From Phallusia mammillata (lineage: Eukaryota), in contig OZ281497.1 of assembly GCA_965637545.1 (NCBI GenBank), positions 14,260,001 to 14,324,000 on the forward strand: a stretch of DNA of 64,000 nt, read 5' to 3'. The notes beneath the pieces are model-generated. The model made no database searches. It worked only from the letters and a program-made list of their open reading frames with translations, and was not told where the DNA came from. The stretch's first letter is position 1; every line of letters starts with the position of its first letter. The position numbers and the translations under genes are program-made. Below, in pieces: positions 21,167 to 33,900 of this stretch.

Positions 21167-23308
21167 CTACATTTCTATTCTAGAGTTATAGACCATTGCA
21201 GCCGGAGCCATTGTCGCAGTGTGTTGAGTGTACTTCTGTCTTGAACTGTTTCCATTCCCCAAAGGGGGTCGTTGTGGTGGCGGTGGGGGAGGGGGAAGGA
21301 TCAATGATTTGCTTTGTTGGTTTGATTGATTGACATTTGATTGCATATTGCTCCGCTTGACGTCTACATAATTAGCAAACCTTGTTCTGTTCTGTGTCTC
21401 AGTGTTTGTTGGAGGGTAAGAATGCCTTCCGTGCAAATTTGAAGAGTTAACATCTGCCTTGGTGTTTTTACCTGGATAATCCTGAGTTGCTTGGCAAAAT
21501 TTTTTCTTCATAGCCATACTGTCTTTTTGAAACCCAGACTCTACAGAACGCAATTTCCACAGCGCGGCAGCTGATGTAAGGGCGCTGTAACTGGCGCCAC
21601 CATCGGTCGTGTTACCAATATGCGACGACCGCAAACTTGGTCTGCCTAACAGCGATGACGATCTTCTGGGCGGGTTTCCGATTGAAGTCGAACTTCGTTG
21701 ACCAGCTAAACCCATTCGTAAAGGAATGGAAGTATCAGTTTGGACGCTCTTGCTTCGACATTTCTCTCGCGTCTTACGCTCTGTGTATTCTACGTATAAC
21801 TGCAATGAATGAAGTTCTCCCTCCACCTGAAATCGACGTCGAGTTTCTTCGTTTCTCATCTGTTGTGCCAGTTCTTTTTCCTCGCGCAGTCGTCGAATAA
21901 TTTCATTCTTTTCACGACATTGCGAAACTGCCTCGTTTTTTAATTCACCGGCAACCTAAAAGCATGCAGGAATATGTAAACTTTATGAGGGCCCTAACTT
22001 GTGACCTTATAGTGAATTTAGTAAGAGTTAATACAAAATAATAGTTTTAATTAGTTTACAGTTTTATGAACTATTTTTAAATCATTATACGAGTTTGATA
22101 GATTTGTTTACATTTTAACGAACCCGAATAAATTCTGAAAGTCCATCCAGCTTCTGTTGAAGAGATTGTTTTTCAAGCTTCAGTTGTTCCACGTTCTTGT
22201 TTAGTTCTCTAACTTCTCGACTCTAAAAAATGATTAACCGAGTATAAGTATCATTTATTTGTAGATAAAATTATGTATTCAATTCCTACATCTCAAAATA
22301 TCATCTAAAACAACAACAAATCACTTGCAATTTTTAGGTGGAAACAATACCTTTCCGTCTTTTTTCTTGTCCGTTTTGTATGAGCTTCCAAACATCGAAG
22401 TTCTTTGTAATTTGAGGTTTTCGGCGGATAGACGTTTGGTCTGCGCTCTCAGCTCCTGCATTTGCTTCTGGTTGATCGCTTCCTGTAACTTGAGACGGTC
22501 GCGAAGGGCTTCCTCTCGCTGAAACCACATAGTTTTTTTGTAAAGTTAGTTGCCTGTCAACTAAAGTACATTATTTGCGCCACAGTAAGACCGCGAACTT
22601 ATCGGCTTTTATCCAAAACTAGATCGAGCTATTGATATGTGTTGTAGGAGTTTTGGAACTCCAGGCGACAAATGCTCCCTTGAACTCACACACGTCAACT
22701 GAAAATGAAGTGTTGGCTTTTAACCGTCGAAGTCATGTGAAAAGGCGGCCGAATTATATTTCATTTGTGCTTTACCCTATTGTGAAAGACTGTGGACATA
22801 ATTGATAAACTGTTCAGAAGTTCTCGAAGTTAAACGATTGTCGAAGCAACGCTGACATTGCAAACTGCGTGTAAAGTAGTAGAAGTGGTAACGTATAATG
22901 ATGGTTTACTTGACGAGCAGAACGCGCTGTGGGTTCCTAATTATTGCATATCCCAAATAAAATTACATCTAATGCGATTTTTTATTATGATACCACGTTG
23001 TCTTTTCGTTTTGCAACGATGGAAAACAACGCATTCTCCATTAAAACCGAGTATATTTAATATCTTATGGTCACTACCAAAAGTTTGCCAAAACTACAAC
23101 AAAATCACCTCAGGAAGTAAACAACGAAATTGCTTACCTTAAGAGCTTCATCACGCTGAAGTATAACGCTGTTGCGTTCCCTACTTGTTCTACCCGAGTA
23201 ATCATCTTCCTCAAGTTCATTGGAAAAATGATCTCTCATTTGTTCTTGACTGAATCTAGGTCTGCCAATAGATCTGGACGAACGACTTTCCATCATGTTT
23301 ACCTTCAT
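21167..23308 (-). CDS. Uncharacterised coiled-coil protein (~408 aa) with a disordered, polyproline-containing C-terminus; upstream exons possible
   Basis: Exons 23308(acceptor at 23332)-23138, 22518-22351, 22222-22124 and 21955-21167, all joined by phase-0 GT-AG junctions. Heptad-like segments REEALRDRLKLQEAINQKQMQELRAQTKRLSAENLKL and SREVRELNKNVEQLKLEKQSLQQKLDGL. C-terminal LPPPPPPPQRPP. Confidence 0.8.
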
Positions 23309-24799
23309 ATTTTTTACCAATACACAAGTAGCCTAAGAGACATATGTCACAACATTTGAAAATAATTTCACAAAAAAAACATTGTAAGTGTACTTTTTCA
23401 GGGTGACACAGCAGCTTCGCAAACATTCGCTGTCATTAATTTTGTCGACATTCTTGTTTAACAAAGCTCCAGGCACACTGAGGGTTTCTGTTTGCACTTA
23501 CAAATACACACTTGCCATTGACTACAATGCTTTGTTAATGTGCAATATTACGACTTCGAGCGGCCAAAACTTCACACTTTGAACAAACTTATAGTCCTAT
23601 TTCTTGATCGATGTTTTTATACTTTGCTTCTGTTGGCATACTTTCAACACTTAGAACGCTGTAAGCAGCTTCATCCATTTAAACTAGTCTAAAACAACTT
23701 TTTAATGCTAGATGCGTGAGTTCTGCTAGCCAAATGGATTAAGGTACATAAAGCAAAACTTAAATCTGAAGTCAATCCAGAAGTTGGAGCATCAAGGCGT
23801 GGGGTTGAAGTTAGGACAGAGCCCCCCTAGACAAAGGAAAATTTGTTTATCGCCTTACGTTTCTCGGCGTCCATTGTATCGGACATTAACCGGCGTATCG
23901 GCGATTCTCGACGTTGCTGCTTATCAAAACAAAACTCCAACCAAACACACCAAGACCTGACTTCGATAGTGATTATAGTTTTCGCAAATCTTACAGTGGG
24001 ATGGCTTGTTTTCATTGTGTCTAAATCTTAGTCATTCACCTACAAGACAACAATAAAAGGCAACTTTGCTCCAAAACGGTCATCATGTTTTTCTGGCATT
24101 ACGACAACGTTGTGGCATTACTTTGTTATGTTAGCAAACTATTGTTATCTGGTTACAAAAAGCATACGTAATGCTAGAACAGGCATCGTGTTTGTTGTTA
24201 CTGTAGAGTATAGACTCTCGAAAATCAACATAAATTATCAAACCCTTACACAATAAACGCTACAAAACACCAAAAAGTGTGGAAAGTTATAACGACAAAC
24301 TAAAAAGTTACAAAGTCACATTTAGGCCCAACTGACTGATAAGCTATGCATAATCTGTTTATTGTCTCATATCGCACAAAATCTGCATCCACTAGTGACT
24401 GTCGTCGTATCATGATTCTCTGTTGCCGTTGTTTGCTCAACGAGCTGCGAATCAACGCACCCTTGTGCCAATGGCGACAGACAAATATTGGAAAAGCGAG
24501 AAAGTTGTAAAATCCATTTAATTGTACAACCAATACAAATCCGACGAATACGACATCTAAGCTGTTAATGGTTAACCTCGCCACATGTTGGAAAGATAAC
24601 ACACATGTATTGATCACATGAAACAAAAATTCTACAAAAAACGTTATCTAGTCAAATTCAGATCCGAAAATATTAAACTAATAATTAAAACAAAGGTTGT
24701 TTTTTTGCTGTCAATCATTTTTATTTTTACGTTTTCAGTCAGGTTGTGATTCCTTACGCGACGGCAACTGTGTTGCTTAATACTTGAACTGTCTTTTTG

Positions 24800-24975
24800 T
24801 CTTGCTTAAAACGTGACGCACCGTAGCCTTCAACGATGGGATAATCGTTTGGGGTGAATGCTCGTTGTGTTCTGGGCGGAAAAAATCGCCTGGAACGGTG
24901 ATGGCAGAGCCGTAAACAAGTTCGGCCGATGAAGCCTGCAGGTCTTCCTTTGGAGCTGTGCGGATTCCAAGCATC
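24800..24975 (-). mobile_element. Gypsy/Ty3 LTR retrotransposon fragment (end of the integrase region)
   Basis: LGIRTAPKEDLQASSAELVYGSAITVPGDFF is the characteristic post-core motif of metazoan Gypsy integrases. It is an isolated fragment, and no LTRs were seen. Confidence 0.85.
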
Positions 24976-27900
24976 TCTTTTTTGCTATTAATTTTTGGTG
25001 TTCATGCTATAAAAGTTGATTTAGATATGACAAACAAAATATGGGAATTATTGGTTTATTGTTATTCCAACGTTGGATTAACGACCAAAAATATATTGGT
25101 TCGTACAAAGTTTAAGATGTACTACCCTATTTATGTTTGACTTGGCTCAGTTTTTGCGTTTCAAGTGGGTTTTGAAACCTGGTTCAAATTTAAACATTTA
25201 TACATCAAGTGCTTGACTCTATTTGAGCCAGCATTTGCTTTAATTCGCTATAGAGTTTACTCATGCCACCAAGTGGCAATAAAAGTCCCCTTCTTTGATA
25301 ATCCATAAATACGGTAGCCTATTATAAAATGATATTTGTCCCAATTTTTAATGTACGTTGTAGACCGGCCTAAACAAAGGCAAATATGTGGAAACGTCTA
25401 CTGGTTTTGTCCTGATAAAAAAAATTTTGGTATTACAACATACCTGTTTTTTTCAGACTTACAAGCAAAACTAAACAATCAGCAATCACACTTACCATGC
25501 GACAAAACTTTTTGTATCCTATACGTTGTAAAATTACAACAAATTTGTCGGTTTTCACGTGAAAAGTAAACAAACATCAACAGGTAGTTTACTTGCTGCA
25601 TAACAGGTTTATGTCCTGCAAATCACGTCACAATGCGGATGTTATCAGTTGATGCTTGTTGTTTTGCTTTAACTGTGTTCGGATGTTGAAAGTCATTGTT
25701 ACCTTTAAACATTACATATCAAATACAAGCGTGCGAAAATTTGTTTCAGGTAGTAAATATGACATGCGATTTAAACAAATAACTCCAAAATTATGTAACC
25801 GGTCCATTTTTTGTATTGTAGTCGTTTGTTTGGTAACGTATCGTTTTATTTATTCATGTTTGCAAAGGTTATGCTGACTACTTGTAAAATATGTGGCAGG
25901 CAAAGGACCAATACTTTATTTCGAAAAAAAATACTTCTATGTTATTAATATGTAACGCGAGTACTAAATGTGGCACTAGGATAGTTGCCTCTGTTTTAGC
26001 AGCGAAACTTATGTTTAATTAGGTCCGAGTATAATAAACAAAAAAACAATGTAGTAACCTACATTTCTGGTTGCACCCAGTGGTTTATATTAGTAAAAGG
26101 ATGATCTTTTTGCAATTTTTATTCGTCTTTTTTCACACAGCAAAAATGTAATGGCGTTTTCCATAAATACGCCCACGCCTTGAAAACATTTAACAGAAGG
26201 CAGAATGCGCAGGTACAACGATATCAAATACCTATTATTGTGTTAGACTCGCTGACATTTTCCGTATTTTAGAAGGCGACGTTTTTGCGAGAAAAAAAGG
26301 TCGGTTTGTCAATTTTATTGATTAATGACAAGATGCTGACAGCAGGGCTTGTTCGCGTGTGGTCAAATAATATCCGCTTTTAAACCGCCGATGATTTTAA
26401 ATACGTTTTCATCAGTTCAGTGAAACGTAGACGATGCTCCATTATTTGAAAGTAGACAACAAACTGGTTCAAGAAAAGCTATCTGCCTTGTTAACGCAAG
26501 AACATTGCAGATTTTGTAGATCGTCGTAAAACACAAAACATCAAACGTCTGATCGCCTGTTACAGACTCGAATGTGATAGTTATGGAATATCGCAGAGGC
26601 GCGAAGTTAGTGTACTCTTTGGATGCTGCTAGATTTGAGATTGAGTTTAAACTTGTAGGGAGGTATCAGCTCAATTGTTTGTTTATCGAATGCTTGAAAT
26701 AGTATGAACGCAATGCTAGTGATGAGAAATCAGAACATGCAACTCACGATTTTTGTACATCTCAGTTTTATTTGCCTCAGTCTTTTAGATTTTGTTCAAA
26801 GGCTGTTTTTGTTATCTAGCAGCAAAAACTGATATCGAACAGTAAAACGGGTGACGCACTGGGCACGCGAAAATCTTCCCTTGATGACGCGAAGGCCCTG
26901 GTTGGCTGACGTGCGCGCTTACGTCACAACGGCGGGTGACAAGAGATTGGATAGGAAACATATGTGCACACGGGCAAATAAATGTCACCCGCTGGTTAAA
27001 AACCCTTGTTGTTAAACGCTTGAAATGTGTGCGATCATGTTCAAAAAGATTTCCAGTTTTTTGTCAGTAAGCGCGAACAATTTTTTAAATGCACCAAAAC
27101 AGATCGTGGGAGAATAAAATAAAGAGGTCATCAGCGGCACATCAAACTCACAGTAACATGACTTCCTCATTTTGGTTGACGCAAAAAGAGCAGTGACGCG
27201 AAGCTAAAAACATAGCTTGAGGCTAATTTCGACTAATTCGTATACAAGGCCAGTAACAATTCAATGTGACATATCGCAGTCAAAATCAATATCTGGGGTA
27301 CAAGTGTTCGAATTTAACGTTTTCCTTGCGTTTGTTTCAGGACGTATGTGGTAACAAGCGGTATATTGCCGGTTTGCTGTCGTAACACGCCATCCCAATT
27401 CTGTACTGCGTTAGACCGCATACGGCATATGGGCTTACTCGGAAATTGCTGATTGCTGATCATAGCAGTGGTTATAGCTTCAAGGTGGAGTCACACAAGA
27501 AACAAAAGAAAACATGTTCAACCATTTGCGAGGTAAGATCTTGCTTGTTTTGTAAGTGCTATTTTGGTTGCAGGGAAACCAAAAATAGCCCTTTTCATGG
27601 TTCAGTGACATCGCATGCTTCGCATACTTGCAATCTTAGTCAAGTACCCAAAACCACACTTCTTAAATTTAATTCTTCTAAAAGCTTTTCGATGTAGCCT
27701 TGTAAGTTCACATCAAATCTAGCAAATGTGTTTGGCAAAGTTTTACTGCGGTATTACTTCCGCAAAACATTTTGTTTTGGTAAACAGAAGACGATTTGGG
27801 TTTACAGAAGATTGCATTCACTTGTTTTCTCGCTTGAATGCCCATAACCCTGATAATTTTTGAGAATTTAGAAGTAGTTTTTCATTTATCTACCAACTAA

Positions 27901-30900
27901 AGGATCTACAGAGCAGTTTAGTTGGCCGTTGTACTGATGTAAAGATATTTTGAATGGGATTGTTCGGTGATTGTAATAGTAATCTTTCAGAACTAAAAGC
28001 CGTTGGCAACTTCCTATTACCAATCAGAAAATGGAGCTATGTAATCAGAACTGTAAATTTAAATCAGTGCAAACCTAAAGCAACACTTGAATGACATTGT
28101 ATGATGACATGAATTCCTGCCAGACCTGTCAATTATGACAACCTCACGCTGTATAAGGGGCGTTTGTACGCCTCAACTGATAGACGCCCAGTCTCTTCCA
28201 TACATTAATATGGTTTACTCGATCGTTTCCTAACATTGCCTCCCTAAGCCTAAGGGGAACATCTCGTAAATCCGAAACTGGTGAACAGGGTGTGATAATT
28301 TTTCGGCGACATAGTTCATAAAAGTCAAAAGCAATTGTAGTCAAGAAACGTCTGTGCATTTGTTTTCTGTGTTGGACTGACAACCGATAAACTGATCTGT
28401 GTGCATTTAAAGGAAACAAATCTTGTTTAGTTTTGGGGGGTGTAAAAAAATAACACGATGTTTGCAACACGTTTTTAAATTATTTTCTCTCTGGACACAA
28501 AAACTTTGTTTGTCTGTAACTTACAGATGAAATCTCTTGAGGTCACTTAAGCCTAGACAGGAAACGATAGGCAGGTGTTTACGCTTCCGAACACAACACC
28601 GCCTTGGCATTTATGCACAGCAAATTTAATATAACTGTTGCAACTTAAATGGCTGCATCCGGATAAAATATTCATGATACCGAGTTAGTGCAGAAACTGC
28701 ATGCTTATCTTGTCAAAATTAAAACGGAGGTTTAGTCGTGTGATGATGTTTGTCTCGAATTGGTTGTTTGTCCAGTGTTTGACCGACAGCAGCAATAGGT
28801 GGGTGGCGTAGCAGCTATTCAAAGTGTGATTGCCAGTTTAAGCGTTAAGCCCGCGCATTGGCCTACGGGAAGATACGACATTTAAAGGCAATTTTGGTCG
28901 TACACTCTTCAGGTTGTCCAGCGACGAGGTTGTGTTAGCTCTGTTTCTGTTGTCCATCGGTTGCAACTGGAATTCAACCAACCGTATATGCCACACAGTA
29001 TGCGCAAGTTCTAGTTATTTTACGACCAACCCACAGCATAGATTTCTTCTGCAGCTGGCTCAGGCGTCCGCAAAAGAAAGACTTATAATGTATATTGTCG
29101 TTTTTTGGATGTTGTTGACATGATTCATAGCATTATGGCGCTTCGTAGTTCTGGCACTCATAAGAAATGCAGTATCACAGCCTGTTGTTTTGCTCGGAGA
29201 AATCACTGTAGCTTAGTTGCAAAGTAAACAAAACGACGGATGCACTGTTGAGTCAATAACAAACTGGACTGTGGATTGCAATGCAGCTTTTAGTATGCAG
29301 AGCACGTAATTCTTTTCATGATAGATTGTTTGGGCCTGGCAGTTACCAAGGCACGCGGCAGTCTATTGAGCTGTTTTATAATGTTATTTAATCCTTAATA
29401 ACCTAATCCAGGCACGTTTCCTTTGAATCGGTGTTGGTCAGCGCAATTTATTTTGTGAACATTTGAATGTTTTGTTGCTAAACATGTGTGCATGATTATG
29501 TCTCTGGAATTTAATTGTAGCCTTCTTTTAAATGTTTGAATGTCATACGCACGTTTCAAGTGGCTGCTTAAACTTTCAAAATTATAGCACCGCGCCGGGA
29601 GAGGGTCAGTTGCTGCCTTTCGATTTTCACAAATACGCGTTAGTAGATTTTAAGCTGGCCGCGCATAATGTCTGTTGTCTTTGCCTATTATGTGAATGAG
29701 TAGGCAGCAGTCGAGGTGGTTACATGAAGCAGCGTGTCCGGTATTGGAACACAGCACAGATTTATGGAAGGCGTAGTTGCAACATAAAACCATCTGACGC
29801 CAACGATCGGTAGCGCACAGCTGTGAGACTTAACTGTTAATGTACATGACAGAATGGCGGTGTAGGTTTCTTCAATATGTTCACCTGAACAAGTGCGAGC
29901 TAAAAGGCCAACACGAATGGACATGTATTATAAATCTGAATTGTGAATAAGAATGGAGCGAAACGCGACTGGTCAGTTCACAAGACTCAAGTCGAACCAG
30001 CATCAAGGTATTTGCAGTTGGGAATCGTTTCTTCAAAGATTTGCTTCGGAAACTGGTATCAACAGTAAGACTAGTCCTTGCGAGGAAAGCACTAACAGCG
30101 ACGATGGCGAGGACTTAATTTCAGAAGAAGAATCGAACTACAGAATTCGACAACGCTGGAATAAAGACATAAAACCAAGTGAGTTTGAACTGAAAAGAAA
30201 TCTTTCGTCTCCGCATGTTTTTACTGCGCAACATAATAGGCTGTGTCAGGGAACAAAAGTGCAGCTGAAAACGAAGAAGTTCAGTGCACGCTATCGCAAC
30301 AATTGTAAATCAATAAGCAAATTGTTCGTGTATCTCCATTATGTCTTTCAACCTGGGCTTCTGTGTCCTAGGATAAACTTCCGGTGTATGACTTCATATT
30401 ACGGCCCTCTGTGTTACCTCAACCGAAGGTTCTTGTGTGGCACATTTAGTTAAGGTAATATGTCAACTGGTGAGATAAAACGTCCATTCGCTTTACACTA
30501 TTTGCTTGGCAAACATTGGCACCAAACAGTGTCATAAAGTTACGCACCGCACTACATTTCTAGTCATGGTGTGGACACATAACTGCGTTTGATAGATTTA
30601 AGGGACTGCTGTTCGATTCAGTGGCAAGACTGCGACGTAAAAATCGCGTAGCTAGCTGGTCAAGTGTTCGTATGAAAGATTTGTAAGAGGTGCACAAGAG
30701 GTACTTGACGCACATCACGTCATAATATAGCTGGTTTTACTCGCTGTGACCATGTTTGCACTTGTGTGGCCACTAAGCATCTTGAAGTGCAGTTAAAAAT
30801 GTTTGCAATTTTGAATTGCGAATTGCATTGTGATCTATAGCTGCCTGAAAGTTACGATCATGATTAGCCTGAAAGTAATTCATGATTAGATTCTTTGACA

Positions 30901-33900
30901 AATCAACCGCACTTTTAGTTCCTTAAAATACCGCTTGGGGATGTAATTTAAAGCTTCAGTCATCAAGCTTCTGTCGGTATAGAATTCTGTGGCAGCTATG
31001 TTACTAATATAACATCACGCACTGTTTGTCCCTTGAACAAATCATGCTTTCATTTAGTCATCAACAGTCTATTGCAGTTGTTTACGATTCCTACTTGGTG
31101 CCAGTACTGTGTTGCTTTGTTTGTCACTAAGCTCCTATTTGATATGAGGTAATTAAAAGCTGTCAGAGCGAAACAGATTGCACACATCAGGCAATTGCTA
31201 GAACGTAATACAATGCCAAAGGCTTTATGCTGCAAAAAGACGCATGGAGAAAAACAGCGTTTAACAAGACTGTCGTTACGCTCAGGTGGTTCTTGTAGGC
31301 AATCCAGCTGCCTGCTCGTGCTGTTCTTGGGCATTGTGTAGGTTGGCGGTAAGGGTCTCTGATAGGGTAAAAGCTTTCGGGAAGCTATTCATTTAGTTGA
31401 CTTACCGTGCCTGCTATCGTCACATTTTTTGTCTGGTATCAGTTAGTGAGTGCCCGGCAGATGTCACAGCTAAAGCAGTAAAGATACTGACATAAACAGA
31501 CAACACTGCCTAATTGACTTTTGTGGTTTGGCTATAATGATGTTGTTTTTACTTTCAAGCCTTGCTCGTATTTTGAAACAGTTAATTAAGTTTGTAAAGT
31601 TGTTTGGTAGTTATGGCTGAACTAAGTCCCCAACGTATCGGTAAGTCGTAACTTTTTCTTATTGAATAAATGTTGCAAATGTTTTCGAACGATGTACCAT
31701 GTCAATAATATGTTATCTGTTTCCATCGAAAGTTTGGCATTTTAGCAGATGATTGTGCTTATTTATATGTACGAAACATTTCGTTGTTTTAAAATGTACC
31801 GCACATTGTCAATGTTTAAACACAAGAGTTACTTTTGGTTGCATGTAAATGCGTCCTTCGTTAACACGATTACACGACATAACGAAAAGTTTGCAGGCAA
31901 ATTCATGTACGTCATGTTCGCCTGGCGCTATTCGTCAAGAGGTTATGTTTTTGACGTTAAGCTGGTTAGCCTGTTTTCTTTATGCAATAAACATTGGACC
32001 ATACAGGGAAAACTATTCTATTATGGTCAACATCGCAAAACGCATATTTGACCTATTGCAATCTTTCTAAAGTGCATCAAAACGAGTTTAGAATTGCTTT
32101 TGGTTTAAAAAAGCGTATTTAATCAGTTGGATCGTATCCAGTATCCCTATGGTCTGTTTTAAATTATTTTTATACATAAGTGGATTGTCTAGCTTCCTGC
32201 ATAATTTATCACCGAACAACAACGCAACTCGCCAGGACAGAGGAAATGTTAATGTCGAACGGATATAATTAATTTACTGTCGTCGACGTGGACAGAACGA
32301 CTAATTATAGCTAGCCTACGCAGTAAGGTTATGTGTACTATTGATTCGTCCTGTTACTGAAATTACATGTACACATGTGTGAAGAGTTTTGAATGACTGT
32401 TTTTCGTTTCAGCAGTGGAAGAATCAAGAAAGTGCACGATGGGAAGATCCAAATCGGCTGGTGACGCCGTCACTGGGCACCGACCCTGCATTGTCGATTA
32501 CGTTGGTGGGTTTTTGATTCGACTTTTTAACGTGTTTTTAAATACAAAGACTGTGATTAAAAATTCATAACTTTGAGTTGAAACCTTACGTCCTAGTAAA
32601 AAAAAACTGTAAGGGGCATAAAATTTCAGTCGTATTGGCAAAAAACATTTTTTCGTTGCTAATTTCGTGCAAGGAAATAAAAAAACTAAATAACGTTCAA
32701 ACCAAATATTAATGTTTGAACACTATATCGTTTGAACGCGTCTGTGCATTGCAAATCACATGGAAAACTGACTTGTTGGAGCACTCTGTTGTGCTTGCCT
32801 AAAATAGAATTTTAAACAGTTTTGTATGTAGTAAATCCACGAAAATTGAAACGGCCAAACCAAACTAAGTGCAACAATCACCATCGTTTCGGATGGGTTC
32901 ATATTATTTAGTCAGGCACCGAAGTGTTTATATAACCTACAGCATTGTATCTCTAGCCATTATCTCTCCGTTGCTGAAGATTATCAAACTTTTCTATGAG
33001 GCTGTGTACTGACACCAATATGCCTTTATCGGTTGATATTTTCATTGGTTTCGTTTTTTGAACAGGTGATGACTTGGACCTAATAAACGAAGATTCGCAA
33101 CTGCGTCCACTTTTTCTTCGTCGAGCATCTGCTGTAAGACTTCCTAGTTTAAGCGCAAGACGTCGCATGAGTGAATGGTCCTACGCGAACTACAGGTTTG
33201 TTGTAGGAGTTCGTAAATAAACAGGAAAAATGATTACTTGCCCGCTTCAAGTGGACCGTTTTTTCCTAACACTTAATGGTTTTAGCTGATTTATTCATGA
33301 ACCAAATATAAACCGAGTGCCGTTTTTGAGTGTGTTTCGATCATGTTCAATGAATAATTTAGATCAACCATAAACATGGAAAACGATACACCAGCGTCCA
33401 TTCGTCCCTCATGCTTTTCTTAATTCAAATTCCACTTTCCAATTTACCATAAAATCATTAAACATTCATTACAGTGAACCTCAAGAGAGTAGCCGTTTCA
33501 AAAATGGGAATAAAATAATATTCGTAGTAGTTTACATCAGCATCCATTACAATAACAGTGCAAAACATGTTTACTAAACTTTTCTTACGTTGGTAAGATG
33601 CAATAAAGTGCAGCGAGTTGATTTTACGTTTGAGTTGATTGCACATTGCATTGCACTTGTTTCAAGAATTTTGCAATTTGTGTGATAACTAATGATCCAG
33701 AAGCGAAGTGCGCTGGAAACCACCCAAGAATGCCTGCTTAGTGCTGACGTTGCACATTCATTAAGGTTTTTGAATACTTGGATTGTGAATACAGTTTTTG
33801 ACTTCGGGGAACTATAAAACTGCGTGTACCCATAAGAGGTAGCATTTTTTTAGTAACCCGACTTACCTTGCTGTCCTGGTAATTCACAAAACGTCTTTAG

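Noticed and set aside
26400-26435. CTGATGA followed by AAACG on the minus strand (hammerhead-like)
   Set aside because: There is no stem II between the boxes; it is just a short imperfect palindrome.
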